Virus record (IMG/VR): IMGVR_UViG_3300036832_001810
Span: 1 to 63,568 of that record
Origin: a virus
Lineage: Duplodnaviria; Caudoviricetes
DNA length: 63,568 nucleotides
Direction: 5' to 3' (one strand)
This document shows, in pieces, positions 48,984-59,145 of the stretch. Made by a program: the position numbers and the translations under genes. The notes below the pieces were generated by a model that was given only the letters and a program-made list of their open reading frames with translations, was not told the DNA's origin and searched no databases. How positions within the stretch are numbered: position 1 is the stretch's first letter; each line of letters opens with the position of its first letter.

Positions 48984-50534
48984 GTGCCCAAATCGAAGCC
49001 CAGCCCGCAGGAGGAGATCGAGTTTTTCGAGAAGTATTTCCGTCACCTGGCGCCGCGCGAGCAGGCGGCCACGCGCCGCGCCATGGCGCAGCTTTTAGGC
49101 GACCCGGAGGGCATCGACAACGTGGAGGAGGCGCGCGAGCGCTTCCTGCCTTTTGTGCGCCACGTCTGGCCCGAGTTCATCGCCGGGCGGCACCACCAGG
49201 TGATGGCCGAGACCTTCGAGCGGATCGCGCGCGGCATGCTCAAGCGCGTGATCATCAACATGGCGCCGCGCCATACGAAAAGCGAGTTCACGAGCTACCT
49301 GCTGCCCGCCTGGTTCTTGGGCAAGCACCCCCGGACCAAGATCCTCGAAGGCTCGCACAAGGTGGAACTGAGCGCGGGCTTCGGCCGCAAGATGCGCAAC
49401 CTGATTGCGTCAGAGCGCTACCAGGAGGTCTTTCCCGGCGTCACGCTTTCGAAGGACAGTAAGGCGACCCATCGCTGGGCGACCCAGCAGGGCGGCGAGT
49501 TCTTCGCCATCGGCACCACCGGCGGCGCGGCCGGGCGCGGCGGCGACCTGGTGATCATCGACGACCCGCACAGTGAGCAGGACGTGCTCAAGAACGCCAA
49601 CGCCAATTTCGACAAGGTGTGGAACTGGTATCTGGCCGGGCCGCGCCAGCGCCTGCAGCCCAGTGCCGCCATCCTCATTGTCATGACCCGGTGGGGTGAA
49701 CGCGATTTGACCGGGATGCTCCTGCAGCAGGCGATTGAGGAGGAGGATGGCGAGCAGTGGGAGGTGATCGAGCTACCCGCTATTCTACCCTCGGGGGAAA
49801 GCCTGTGGCCGGAGTACTGGCCGATTGAGGAGCTGGAACGCACGCGCGCCACGCTCCCGATCTCGCGCTGGGAGGCGCAGTACCAGCAGCACCCGACGAG
49901 CGAGGAGGGCGCCCTCATCAAGCGCGAGTGGTGGCAGGACTGGCGCGAGAGCAACCCGCCCGCCTGCGAGTTCATCGTGCAGAGCTGGGACACGGCCTTT
50001 AGCGAAAAGGCGGTAAGCAATCGCAGCGCCTGCATCACCTGGGGCCTCTTTCGCTACCGCAACGCGGGCGACCCGCCGCGCATCGTGACCGGCATCATGC
50101 TGCTCGACGCCTGGGCCGGCCGCCTCAACTTTCCCGAGCTGAAGCAACAGGCGCGCCGCCTCTACGAGCAGTGGACGCCCGACTGCCTGCTGGTCGAGGG
50201 GCGCGCCACCGGCAAACCCCTGCAGCAGGAGCTGTGGAAGATGGGTATCCCGGTCAGTGACACGGTGCCGGTGCGCGGCTCGGACAAAATCGTCCGCACC
50301 AACGCGGTCGCCGACCTGTTCAGTACGGGCACCGTGTGGGCGCCGCTCGGCCGGCGCTGGGTCGAAGAGGTGCGCGAGGAGATGGCCTGCTTCCCGAACG
50401 GCAACGCCGACGACCTGCACGATGCCGCCGTCCACGGCCTCCTGCGCCTGCGCCAGGGCGGCCTGATCCGCATTGCGTCGGACGAAAGCGAGGAGCAGGA
50501 CCACGAGCCGCGCGCGGCCAGAGCCTACTACTAA
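48984..50534 (+). CDS. terL: Terminase large subunit
   Basis: IINMAPRHTKSE Walker A, IIDDPH, IVMTRW, QSWDTAF, FPNG..DD..D nuclease motifs. Confidence 0.95.
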   Translation: MPKSKPSPQEEIEFFEKYFRHLAPREQAATRRAMAQLLGDPEGIDNVEEARERFLPFVRHVWPEFIAGRHHQVMAETFERIARGMLKRVIINMAPRHTKSEFTSYLLPAWFLGKHPRTKILEGSHKVELSAGFGRKMRNLIASERYQEVFPGVTLSKDSKATHRWATQQGGEFFAIGTTGGAAGRGGDLVIIDDPHSEQDVLKNANANFDKVWNWYLAGPRQRLQPSAAILIVMTRWGERDLTGMLLQQAIEEEDGEQWEVIELPAILPSGESLWPEYWPIEELERTRATLPISRWEAQYQQHPTSEEGALIKREWWQDWRESNPPACEFIVQSWDTAFSEKAVSNRSACITWGLFRYRNAGDPPRIVTGIMLLDAWAGRLNFPELKQQARRLYEQWTPDCLLVEGRATGKPLQQELWKMGIPVSDTVPVRGSDKIVRTNAVADLFSTGTVWAPLGRRWVEEVREEMACFPNGNADDLHDAAVHGLLRLRQGGLIRIASDESEEQDHEPRAARAYY

Positions 50535-52957
50535 CCCCGGTTCACCCGGCCCAAGCGCTGCTCGACGTAGATCTTGCGGCCCTCCTCATCACGCAGGCTG
50601 CCGTCGGGGTCGATAGCGAGCGCCATGCGCAGGTCACGGTTATCCATCCTGCCGAACAGGAAGCCGGCAAAGCGCCCGCTCTGTTCGAGGAAATCCGCCG
50701 TGCCGGTGCCGGCGATCAGGATGGTCGCGCCGTTCATGGCGTCCGCGAGCGAGCTGTAGATGCCTTCGAATTGCGCCTGGCGCTTGGCCGTCACGCGCGA
50801 CTTGGGGCAGTTGAGCACCACACGGTCGCCGGGCTGCAAGTCGGTCACGGGGATCGGCATTCAGGTTCTGCCTTCGTCGCGCACGGTTCTCACGTACGCG
50901 CACTCCCGCCAGTCCACCGGCAGGCCCTCGATCTCCATGTAGCAGGGCGCGTGGCGATTGATCAGGAGCGCGCACTGATTGCCAGTGGTCGCAATCAGGA
51001 GGAAGGGCAATGCCGCGTCCGGCAGGCGCGAGCGGTGCATGTGATAGCCGTAGAAAGGGCAATTATTGCTCATACCTTGGGCGGCCCCTGCATCGCCTTG
51101 ACCATCTCGGCTTTGGCGCGCGCCATCTGCTCGGGGTCGCGCGGATCGTCAAGCATGATGATGGCGGTGGCGTAGCGCCGCAGGCGATCCGGCACCCAGT
51201 AATTGGACGGGACGATCATGATCAGGGGTTTATCCATCAACATGGCCGCGCCCACCTGCAAGGCAAGGATCGCATTGACGCCGGTCTTGTCCATGATAGC
51301 CACGCACCACCGGCTTTGGCTGAGCCGTTCCAGGTTGTCGGCTTGGCCTTCGAAGAATTGCTGGAGTTCGGCTTCGTCGGCGTCCGAAAACATCTGCATT
51401 CTCATGCGGGTTCGCCTTTCTCGATCTCGTAGTGGCCGCCGTTCATGACCTCGATCCACGGGCCGACCGGCTGGTTCTCGACGGCCTCGCGGCGCAGCAG
51501 CATGACGATCCTGCCATCGCGCTTATCGATCTGCAGCGGATAGCGCGCAAAGTGCGGTTTGTCGTCGAAGGCGACCGCAATCGAGCGCTGATTCGCGGAA
51601 CAGATCAGGACCTCGGCGAGCGCGAAGCGATCCTCGCCGTGGACCGAGACCTTGACCTGGTCGCCTGCGGCTATCGGCATTTGGACTCCTGAAAGCGGAC
51701 CAGGCCCTTCAATTCGGCGACCCATAGCGGCAAGGTTTGCTCCCGGTCCCGGTTGTAGAATCCCCGGCAAACGGCGCTGGTTTTGGTGCCGATAGTGTCG
51801 TGGCAAACGATGCACGTCTGTTCTTCGATGGCTCCGCGCCGCATCTCTTCGAGCCTTGCCAGCGGGATGACTTCCTGATCCGGCCGGAAGATGCACGTCT
51901 TGCACTGGCGCGCCATCACGTAGATGTGGCCGTCGCGGAACACGTTGAAGCGGCGGCGGCTCACCGCAGCTCCACAAAGGGCACCAGGTAGAGCCGGTGC
52001 CCATAGTGTTTGGCCGTGAACATCGCGCAGCCCGGCTGGTGAATCCAATAGAACTCGTCGCACGACCGGCAATAGTCCATGGCGGTGTGGTGACCGCAAC
52101 AGCCGCACGCACCGTGCAGGTGGGCAAGCTGGATCAGTTCTTGAACGGCGGCGTTATCGAGCAGAGGCATTTATTCTCCCGCCTTGGTCTCGGCGGCTAC
52201 TCCGGCCGCGATGAATTTGTACAGCCGGATCTTCTTGCCGGAGCGCGCGGCTTGCTCTTCCATCTGGGGGAGCAGCTTGGCCAGGCGGTCGAGATGGTAG
52301 TCCATGGCGGCGAGCGGGACCAGCCCCGCCGGCACCAGGCCCTGCTTGAGTCCGATACGGCCCGAGCCGGCCTCATCCTCGCCGATCCAGGCGTAGAGCG
52401 CAAGCGGCATCATCTCTCCCTCCCGTGTTTGCGCCGGTGCTGCGCCATATTGCCCGCGCCCCGGCAGGTGAACGCGCAGGCGGTGCCATCAGCGAGCAGA
52501 AGGCCGCACGGCCCCTGCCAGGAGCGGTTCATGCGCTTGATAGTCTTCTGGCCGTTCTTGCGCGCCGCCTCCTGCGCCGCCGCCGTCACAAAAAGCGGAG
52601 GCTTACCTGGAATCGTGTAGTGACCGTGGATCACGACTTGGCCTCCTGCGGGCTGCACACCGGGCAAAAGCGAATCTCGGCGTCGTCGCTCAGCTTGATC
52701 AGTTTCCCGCCGTCACACCACGGGCAGACCTCATCGGCCTTGAGCAGCGGAACCACGTAGCTCGGCGTCTCGGCGGCCTCGAAATAGAACGGCACGTTGT
52801 GGCCAAGGCGCGGCCCCAGGATCTGCACGCCCTCGCGCGTGCCGTAGATGGTCGCCACCGGCTCGCCGTTGCGCCATACCTCGACGATGGTCTCCCCGGC
52901 GCGGTCGGGGCGGTGATGCGGCCGGGCGCGCAGGCGCAGCTCGCTGCGTTCGCTCAT
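50531..52957 (-). other. Chain of about nine small leftward ORFs (e.g. 50531-50860, 50861-51073, 51961-52170, 52171-52413, 52631-52957)
   Basis: Abutting/overlapping ORFs with RBSs; several Cys-rich; no functions recognised. Confidence 0.6.
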
Positions 52958-53349
52958 GACAACTCCCTCCACGCCGTCTTCCAATCCTGAATAGCGCTGC
53001 GCCAGGCTTCGCCCAGCGCGCGCAGGGCAAAGCGCAGCACGTTCGCGGGCTGCGCCACCTCGCGGATCATGCGCGCGTGCTGGCGCTCGGCTTCGGTCCA
53101 GGTTGAGCAGCGGTCGCACTCCCAGCCGCGCTCGCCGCTCCAGAAGACCATGGTCTCAAACAGGATCGGCGGCCCCTCGCGGTCGAAGTTGTAATCGATG
53201 CCGAGAAAGATCGTGCTCACCTCGCAGAGATCAAGCACACTGGTGAGCGCCACGCGCCGGTCGCTGTGCTCGAAAGTCCGCGCCCAGGTGAGCAGATCCG
53301 GCTCGGGCACGGGCGTCTGGCCGATCAGGACGTAGTTCAGCAGGCTCAT
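52954..53349 (-). CDS. Conserved phage hypothetical protein
   Basis: VSTIFLGID.NF...PILFETMVF...TW.EA...H motif. Confidence 0.75.
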   Translation of the reverse strand: MSLLNYVLIGQTPVPEPDLLTWARTFEHSDRRVALTSVLDLCEVSTIFLGIDYNFDREGPPILFETMVFWSGERGWECDRCSTWTEAERQHARMIREVAQPANVLRFALRALGEAWRSAIQDWKTAWRELS

Positions 53350-54278
53350 GCGATCCGCACCTCGGCCTCGCGCGGCGGGGCCTGCTTGCCCTTGGTGCCG
53401 CGCACCACGGCCGGCGTCCAGACGAGCTGCTTGTATTTGCCGAACAGGCCGCGCCCCTCGCGGTAGTCGCGGAAGTGGCCCCGGCAGATGTGCAGGGCTT
53501 TGGCCACGCCCACCTGGTCGCTTTTGCCCTCGTGGCGCAGGATCTGTTTCAGCGGCTCGATGATCAGGGTCTTATAGCGCGTCGGCCAGCGCCCGGTCTT
53601 GGCGTGCTGCTTCTTGGCCAGGGCCTTGGGCACCTGGTTCTCCTCGATGACCACATTCTTGCAATGGAGGAACGAGACCGCGAGTAACGTGGGATGGAAG
53701 AAAGTCATCAGGCCTTTCATCACCTCGGCGTCCTCATTGCGGGCGAAGCCCTGCATCCAGGGCCGGTCCAAACAACGGCCGTCGGCGTCCACGCAGAAGA
53801 ACACGCTGCCATGCGGGCCGGTCGGGTGGTCGCCCTTGCTCATCCCATACTCGATGAACAGCTCGCACCACAAGACCCACTTAGTGCCCGGCGGCAGCTC
53901 GCCCTCACCCGTGACGAGCGCCGGATCAAGCGCGTGGATCAAGGTGCCCAGCTTGCCGTTACAGCCGATCAGCCGGGCGATGTCGGTGTCGCCTTTTTCC
54001 TTGGAATGAATGCGCGTGGCCAGGCGGTGCTCGGCCCAGAAGGCGGGCCAGGGCGGCGCCAGGTTGGGGAAGTCGTGCTTGAGGTCCCAGCGTTCCTGGT
54101 CACTGCCGAAATAGTAATAGTCGCTGACGTTGTCAATCAGTAAGACCGGCAGCTCCGGGTTCTCGATCAGGGGCATCAGGTTCTGCACCTGCTTGGCCCA
54201 GGCGCTCTCATACTCGGGCGCGATCCAGACCGGCATCTGGAAGGCGCGGTCCTTGCGGAGAGTGTCGATCAACCTCAT
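53346..54278 (-). CDS. Conserved phage protein with H.CRGHFR motif
   Basis: ATG 54278 (ATGA overlap, AGGGAG RBS); LHICRGHFRDY...LFGK...W.P...RG. Confidence 0.75.
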   Translation of the reverse strand: MRLIDTLRKDRAFQMPVWIAPEYESAWAKQVQNLMPLIENPELPVLLIDNVSDYYYFGSDQERWDLKHDFPNLAPPWPAFWAEHRLATRIHSKEKGDTDIARLIGCNGKLGTLIHALDPALVTGEGELPPGTKWVLWCELFIEYGMSKGDHPTGPHGSVFFCVDADGRCLDRPWMQGFARNEDAEVMKGLMTFFHPTLLAVSFLHCKNVVIEENQVPKALAKKQHAKTGRWPTRYKTLIIEPLKQILRHEGKSDQVGVAKALHICRGHFRDYREGRGLFGKYKQLVWTPAVVRGTKGKQAPPREAEVRIA

Positions 54279-54592
54279 GCCGCGCTGGCTCCCTTGGCCG
54301 CCTTGACCAAGGTCAAACCGTAGGCCGTGGGATCGAACCAATGCGTCAGAGGCGCGCTGAAGTTTTTGCGCGAGATCTCGGCGGTCAGAAAGTCGTCGTG
54401 CGCGCGGCGGCCCTTGGTCGTGATGTGAAAGCCCCGGCCCGGACGGTAGACGACATACTCGCGCTTCAGCATCGAACCGAAGGGGCGCTGGTCGAACTTC
54501 TGGGCCTCTTCGATAGTCATGTGGAAGGTGTTGGGCTGGTCGGCAAAGGTCGCGAGCATGTTGTATTGCAGGGAGGATAACTGGATCGTCAT
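54275..54592 (-). CDS. Hypothetical protein, possibly winged helix
   Basis: ATGA overlaps; FHITTKGR. Confidence 0.6.
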   Translation of the reverse strand: MTIQLSSLQYNMLATFADQPNTFHMTIEEAQKFDQRPFGSMLKREYVVYRPGRGFHITTKGRRAHDDFLTAEISRKNFSAPLTHWFDPTAYGLTLVKAAKGASAA

Positions 54593-55194
54593 AGGGTAGC
54601 TACTCCATTTACCTTAGCCTGATGCGGGACACGCATCGCGGCTTGCCGGGCGCTTTTCTGAGCCTTCGTCATGTTGCCCCAACGCTTGAGCTGCGCCTGG
54701 CGCATCGTCTCCAGCCATTCGGCATGCTTCGGACTGCGCTTGTCGCGCGGGTGGAGCTTCAGGCGCTCGGAAAGCGTGAGCTTGTTGTCGAGCGCCATCT
54801 TGACGGTCGGCTGTCGCTTGGTCTTGGCCCAGCGCGCTTTCTGCGCGGCGCTGATGACTTCGCGGCCCTCGGGACTGGCGTGGCGTTTCTTCTTACGGCT
54901 TGTGCGCATGCTTAAGCGCCGCTTGACCTCAATCGAGCGCTCCTCGGGCGACATCTTGTCCCAGTAATTATTTTTGGCATAGCCCTTGCGCTGCTTCTTG
55001 ACGGGCGCCGGTTCTAGCGCCGCCATCGGTCGCTCGATGCGCAGGGGCAGGGAAGCCCCACCGGCGCGCCGCTCTAGCGCGGCGAGCTTGAGGCGCTGCT
55101 CAGCCAGTTCGGTCTGGACCCAGGCTTCGGTGCTTTCGAGCCCCTGGATCGACTGGCGCAGACCCAATAAGTAAATCTGTTCGTCTTTGGTCAC
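54589..55194 (-). CDS. Basic protein with NUMOD3-like DNA-binding motifs
   Basis: GAGGAG RBS; SPEGREVISAAQKARWAK. Confidence 0.6.
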   Translation of the reverse strand: MTKDEQIYLLGLRQSIQGLESTEAWVQTELAEQRLKLAALERRAGGASLPLRIERPMAALEPAPVKKQRKGYAKNNYWDKMSPEERSIEVKRRLSMRTSRKKKRHASPEGREVISAAQKARWAKTKRQPTVKMALDNKLTLSERLKLHPRDKRSPKHAEWLETMRQAQLKRWGNMTKAQKSARQAAMRVPHQAKVNGVATL

Positions 55195-55315
55195 GCGAGA
55201 ATATCTCCTCTTTGCAATTCTTGAATTTAAAATAAACCGAACTATATGCCTATTGCTTGCATCTTAGCAATCTGTTTGAGGACAATGCCCTTTAAAATGC
55301 GTTGCGATTCGCACG

Positions 55316-55642
55316 CTATTTGGCATTTAATTCTTTCGAGCCAGTGCGGCGCAGAACGGTGCGTCCGCGCGGCTCGGGTTTGTGGAAGGGGCAGCCGGGG
55401 CGATGACCGAAGCTGGTCCCGTTCTTGCCGGCGCGCGCCTCGGCCCGCTTCAAGGTCATCTTGCCGCAGGGACAACGCTCTTTGTCCTTGTGCCGGCGCG
55501 TACTGAGCTTCTGGACCTTCATCATGAAGGCGCGGCGCTCGGCGGGCGTCTTGTCCTTCCAGCGCAGCTTGCCCAGGGCCACGGCGGCGGCGTTCTTCTC
55601 TTCGGGCTTGTTTTCACTCACTGGCGTTTCCTTTCTCGGCAA
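55316..55642 (-). CDS. Small basic protein
   Basis: KNAAAVALGK...T.AER motif; CPCG. Confidence 0.55.
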   Translation of the reverse strand: MPRKETPVSENKPEEKNAAAVALGKLRWKDKTPAERRAFMMKVQKLSTRRHKDKERCPCGKMTLKRAEARAGKNGTSFGHRPGCPFHKPEPRGRTVLRRTGSKELNAK

Positions 55643-55978
55643 TTACTTCGCCTCCACCTTGACCAGGGCCTTGAGAACGTCCTCGGTGTATTCGATGTCG
55701 CCCTCCCAGAACTGAATCAGCACATCCCGGTTCTGATCGACCCACTTGGTCAGCCTGGCTAGATCCGTCGCGGACAAGTCTCCGTGGAGGACCCTGATTT
55801 CCGGCCGGATGGCTACGACCACCCATTCTTCCGGCAAGGTCTTGGGGCTGGGTGAAACCTTTACCCGCACGTCGTGCCTGGCGTTGCCACGGGGCGAAAT
55901 CCACACCACAAAAGGCAGCCCGGTCAGTCGCGGTGACAGGTTCGACATAAGAAACAGATCCTCTTCCGTCTTGAGCAT
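55643..55978 (-). CDS. DUF4160-like protein
   Basis: AAGGAG RBS; MSNL.P..TGLP.VVWIS....RH..RVKV; W...N...L...W. Confidence 0.55.
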   Translation of the reverse strand: MLKTEEDLFLMSNLSPRLTGLPFVVWISPRGNARHDVRVKVSPSPKTLPEEWVVVAIRPEIRVLHGDLSATDLARLTKWVDQNRDVLIQFWEGDIEYTEDVLKALVKVEAK

Positions 55979-56008
55979 TCGGTGTTGACTCCTTTTGCTT
56001 CTGTCTCC

Positions 56009-56037
56009 AATTTAACAAATCCGCTTGTTGTTGTCAA
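56009..56037 (-). promoter_or_regulatory. Sigma70-type early promoter P1
   Basis: TTGACA-ACAACAAGCGGATTTGT(17)-TAAATT. Confidence 0.8.
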
Positions 56038-56387
56038 GGACGGTCGCCTTTCTGTTCCTTCACCCACTCCATCAGCGACTCGGCGTCGCAGGTGTCGATG
56101 ATGTCGTCCAGGCCGTCCAGATCGCCCTTGCCGATATACAACTCAATCACGCGCAGAGCGTTATCCAGCGTGCAGCGCGCGGTGATGGCCTTGTCGATCA
56201 GCCCTTGCAGGCCCAGCAGGTCGCCGCCTTCCAGGCAGAGTTGGCACTCGTACCGCTGCCTTTTCTCTGAGAAAGCGATCACCGTGGTGACATGCGGCGG
56301 GTCCTGGTGCGGCTTGTCGTGCTCCGCGCCGCAGCACTGGCAGTAGGTCCCGGCAATCAGCCTGGTTTTCGGTTTGGTTCTGGTCAT
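56034..56387 (-). CDS. Hypothetical Zn-binding protein (follows HH1)
   Basis: AAGGA RBS; CxxC pairs. Confidence 0.7.
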   Translation of the reverse strand: MTRTKPKTRLIAGTYCQCCGAEHDKPHQDPPHVTTVIAFSEKRQRYECQLCLEGGDLLGLQGLIDKAITARCTLDNALRVIELYIGKGDLDGLDDIIDTCDAESLMEWVKEQKGDRP

Positions 56388-56408
56388 GGGGTACTGGGAT
56401 TCCTTGGG

Positions 56409-56460
56409 TCCCGACGCCTCACGGCGTTTCGCTAGACTTTCACTAGCTCGTCAGGGGGTT
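56409..56460 (-). ncRNA. Hammerhead ribozyme type I, HH1 (predicted cut 56413/56412)
   Basis: CCCC-CUGACGA-GCUAG UGAAAGU CUAGC-GAAA-CGCC GUGA GGCG-UC^GGGA. Confidence 0.9.
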
Positions 56461-56464
56461 AGGG

Positions 56465-57049
56465 TTATTCCTCCTCCTCGCTGGCAATCTGGAGAGTTGA
56501 GTGCAGGACGCTGCACTCGTTGCAGAACAGGGAAAGCGCCCCATGGACCGCGCAGTAAAAGGCGCGCAGACCGGCCTCCGGGTGGCATTCGCTCATCATC
56601 TCCACGGGATGAGGATCGTCGGGATGGTCCGGGCATTGCAGCTCCTCGTCGAGCACCTCGCGCACTACGGGCAGGGCGGTCTCCAGCGGGTTGGCGCACA
56701 AGGGGCAGTTGGCATCGTTGAGTTTGCCCTGGGCGTCGATCCTGGCCTCGACCTTCATCTCATCCGCCGAGAATGCGCTGACGATCTCGATCACCGTAAC
56801 CGGATTGATCTGGTAACTGCGGGCGACCTCGACAATGCCCTGGGCGATCTGCGGGCTATTCGCAATCGCCTGCGCGATTGCCTCGCGGTCGGTCGCGTCG
56901 CGCCCGGCCTCGCTCAACTCGCGTGAGATCCGCTTCACATTGGCGGCCATCTTCAACGCTATCGCGCGTGCGATGGCCGCAATTCTTTCTTCCGGCTCGC
57001 CGTACTTCTCCGCGAGCGCTTTGACTTTGGCTTCATCTAACACAGTCAT
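56465..57049 (-). CDS. Hypothetical protein with C-terminal Cys/His cluster (follows HH2)
   Basis: AAAGGA RBS; sole ORF between HH2 and HH1. Confidence 0.7.
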   Translation of the reverse strand: MTVLDEAKVKALAEKYGEPEERIAAIARAIALKMAANVKRISRELSEAGRDATDREAIAQAIANSPQIAQGIVEVARSYQINPVTVIEIVSAFSADEMKVEARIDAQGKLNDANCPLCANPLETALPVVREVLDEELQCPDHPDDPHPVEMMSECHPEAGLRAFYCAVHGALSLFCNECSVLHSTLQIASEEEE

Positions 57050-57071
57050 GGGGTACTGGGATTCCTTTCTC

Positions 57072-57134
57072 TCCCGACGCCGTCGCTTCCCAGCGGGGCG
57101 TTTCGCCGGACTCTCACCGGCTCGTCAGGGGGAT
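57072..57134 (-). ncRNA. Hammerhead ribozyme type I, HH2 (cut 57076/57075)
   Basis: CCCC-CUGACGA-GCCGG UGAGAGU CCGGC-GAAA-CGCC..CGCU GGGA AGCG..GGCG-UC^GGGA. Confidence 0.9.
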
Positions 57135-58157
57135 ATGGCCTTTCTCCTTGGCGCGACGCTCGATCAGATGCTCGATGCCGTCGGCCAACTGCGCCACGCG
57201 GTTGGCCTCGCGCACGATCTCGGCTGGATCGACCGCGCCGGGGCGCGCGTCCTGGTAGGCGAAGTCGGTCCAGATCTTCAGGCGGCCCACGGCCTCGTCC
57301 AGGCGCCGCACCTGGGAGCGGATCAGCTTCTCGGTGGTGGTCATGAGGCAACTCCCTTGCGTTTCTCGAAGTCCGGGGCGGTAGAGTTCTCCGGCGGGCA
57401 ACCCTCGTTCCACTCCTGCTCGACTTCGCCCATGCCCAGGTTGTAGACGATGGCCCCGCTGGCCAGGAGCGCATAGAACGTGCGCTCCACGCTCCACAGG
57501 GCAGTGAGCGCGTTCTTCAGGCTCCGGCCCTCGTAAATGGGGTACTGCGGATGACGGTCGTCCGTCACCCGCACGTAGTATTTCTTCATGCGGCCTCCTT
57601 GCGGCGTTTCAGGTTGGGGTTCTTGAGCGCGATCTCGGTGCCGAACTCGCAGCCGATGCCCCGGCGATACCACTCGGGCTTGGTCACGTCCTTAGCGGCT
57701 TTCTTGTTCTGCTGGCGCAGCCACGCGGGCGGCTTGGTGGCGAACGTCATCACGCCCAGGTAGCCCTCGCTCTCGAAGTAGCCCTGGACGAAAGCCCAGC
57801 CGATGCCGTTCATGGTGATGTAGATGCGGTCGCCTACCTTGGGCAACGGGAAGTCGCCGCTCCACTTGAGCAGATTGCCGTCGTCCTCGCGGTAGGTGGG
57901 GAAGACCGCGTCGTCGAGCTTGCGCGGCTTACTCATCTCGCCGGTCGCTACCGGCTCGGGAATAAAGAAGCGCTCCTTCATGCGTGGACGACCTCCCAGG
58001 CACTGAAGCCCGTCACAAAGCGGCTGGTCACTTCGAGCACGTAGGCGGCCTGGCCATCGGCGGCCGTCTGCCGCGCGAAGGTGATGGCCTCGGCTTCGGT
58101 GTCGAAGGCCGAACGCTTCACGTTCTGGTCAACGACGACGTAGGTAATGGTTGTCAT
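57114..58157 (-). other. Four coupled small ORFs (57978-58157, 57586-57981, 57341-57589, 57114-57344)
   Basis: ATGA overlaps; first start lies directly after the HH3 leader. Confidence 0.65.
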
Positions 58158-58177
58158 GGGGTTGGGATTCCTTTGGG

Positions 58178-58230
58178 TCCCGACGCCTCGCGGCGTTTCG
58201 CCCGACTTGCACGGGCTCGTCAGGGGGTTA
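58178..58230 (-). ncRNA. Hammerhead ribozyme type I, HH3 (cut 58182/58181)
   Basis: UAACCCC-CUGACGA-GCCCG UGCAAGU CGGGC-GAAA-CGCC GCGA GGCG-UC^GGGA. Confidence 0.9.
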
Positions 58231-59059
58231 TCGGTCCCGGTGCTGTTCCTCCCCGTCGCGGGTCGCGCAATCGTTCCAGGGCCGACCGCACTCGCAGATC
58301 TCGGGATTCTCGGGCTCGACCTCAATGACCTCGGCGGTGTAGCAGCCCTCGCCGCCACGGTCCTCCACATCCTCAGAGGTCAGCCCAAGGTCTTCCAGAT
58401 TGCGCTCCTCGGCCCAGTGATCCGCGAAGGCCTGCGCCTCGGCCTCGGTATCGAATGCCTGTGGGAAAGTGCCGCAAGCCTCGCTTCCGTTGTCCCAGTT
58501 CACGTAGTACGGCATCAGAGTAATCCCTTCCGGCCTTCCGGCGAATTCGCATAGGCGTCGTCGCCCGACTCCAGGCGCTGCGCCTCGGTGTCGAGGTTCT
58601 TCAGCATCTGGCTCATGGCCTCGCGCAGCCGCTCGATGGCCTCCACCGTAGTGGCGCTATTGGCGGCGATGGTCAGGGGCGCGAACCAGCGCTGTACCTC
58701 GCGCATCAGCTCGGCGCGGTCACTGCGCCCGTCGAACATGCGTAGCGCGGCGCCCTGGATGCCGGCCTCGCGCAGCATCGTCTTGAACATGTGCTCGTAG
58801 TTGGGGGTGATGGTGATGTGTTCCATGGCTAGTTCACCGCCTTCTTCTGGCCCAGGCCCTTGCGGATGATCTCTTTGGGCGCGGCGTGGCGCGGGTAGTT
58901 GAGGCTGCCCATGCCGTCCACCGTGGTCATGTTGTGCGCGATGTAGGCCAGATACTCCTTGGGGCGGTAGCTCAGCTTCAGGGCCTCGGCCAGCGTGTCG
59001 CCCTTGGCCCAGCAGCCGTTCGAGCCAATGACCAGGATCTTCAGGTCTGTGATCTTCAT
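58228..59059 (-). other. Three small ORFs (58829-59059, 58515-58826, 58228-58515)
   Basis: Abutting ORFs between HH4 and HH3; the last is very acidic. Confidence 0.65.
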
Positions 59060-59082
59060 GGGGTGTTACTCCTTGGGATGAT

Positions 59083-59145
59083 TCCCGACGCGCCGTCTCT
59101 CGACGGGGCGTTTCGCCCGACTCTCACGGGCTCGTCAGGGGGTTA
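59083..59145 (-). ncRNA. Hammerhead ribozyme type I, HH4 (cut 59087/59086)
   Basis: UAACCCC-CUGACGA-GCCCG UGAGAGU CGGGC-GAAA-CGC.CCGUC GAGA GACGG.GCG-UC^GGGA. Confidence 0.9.

Noticed and set aside
56454-56467. Telomere-like GGGTTAGGGTTA
   Set aside because: Only two units; it is a duplicated TAACCC at the HH1 5' edge.
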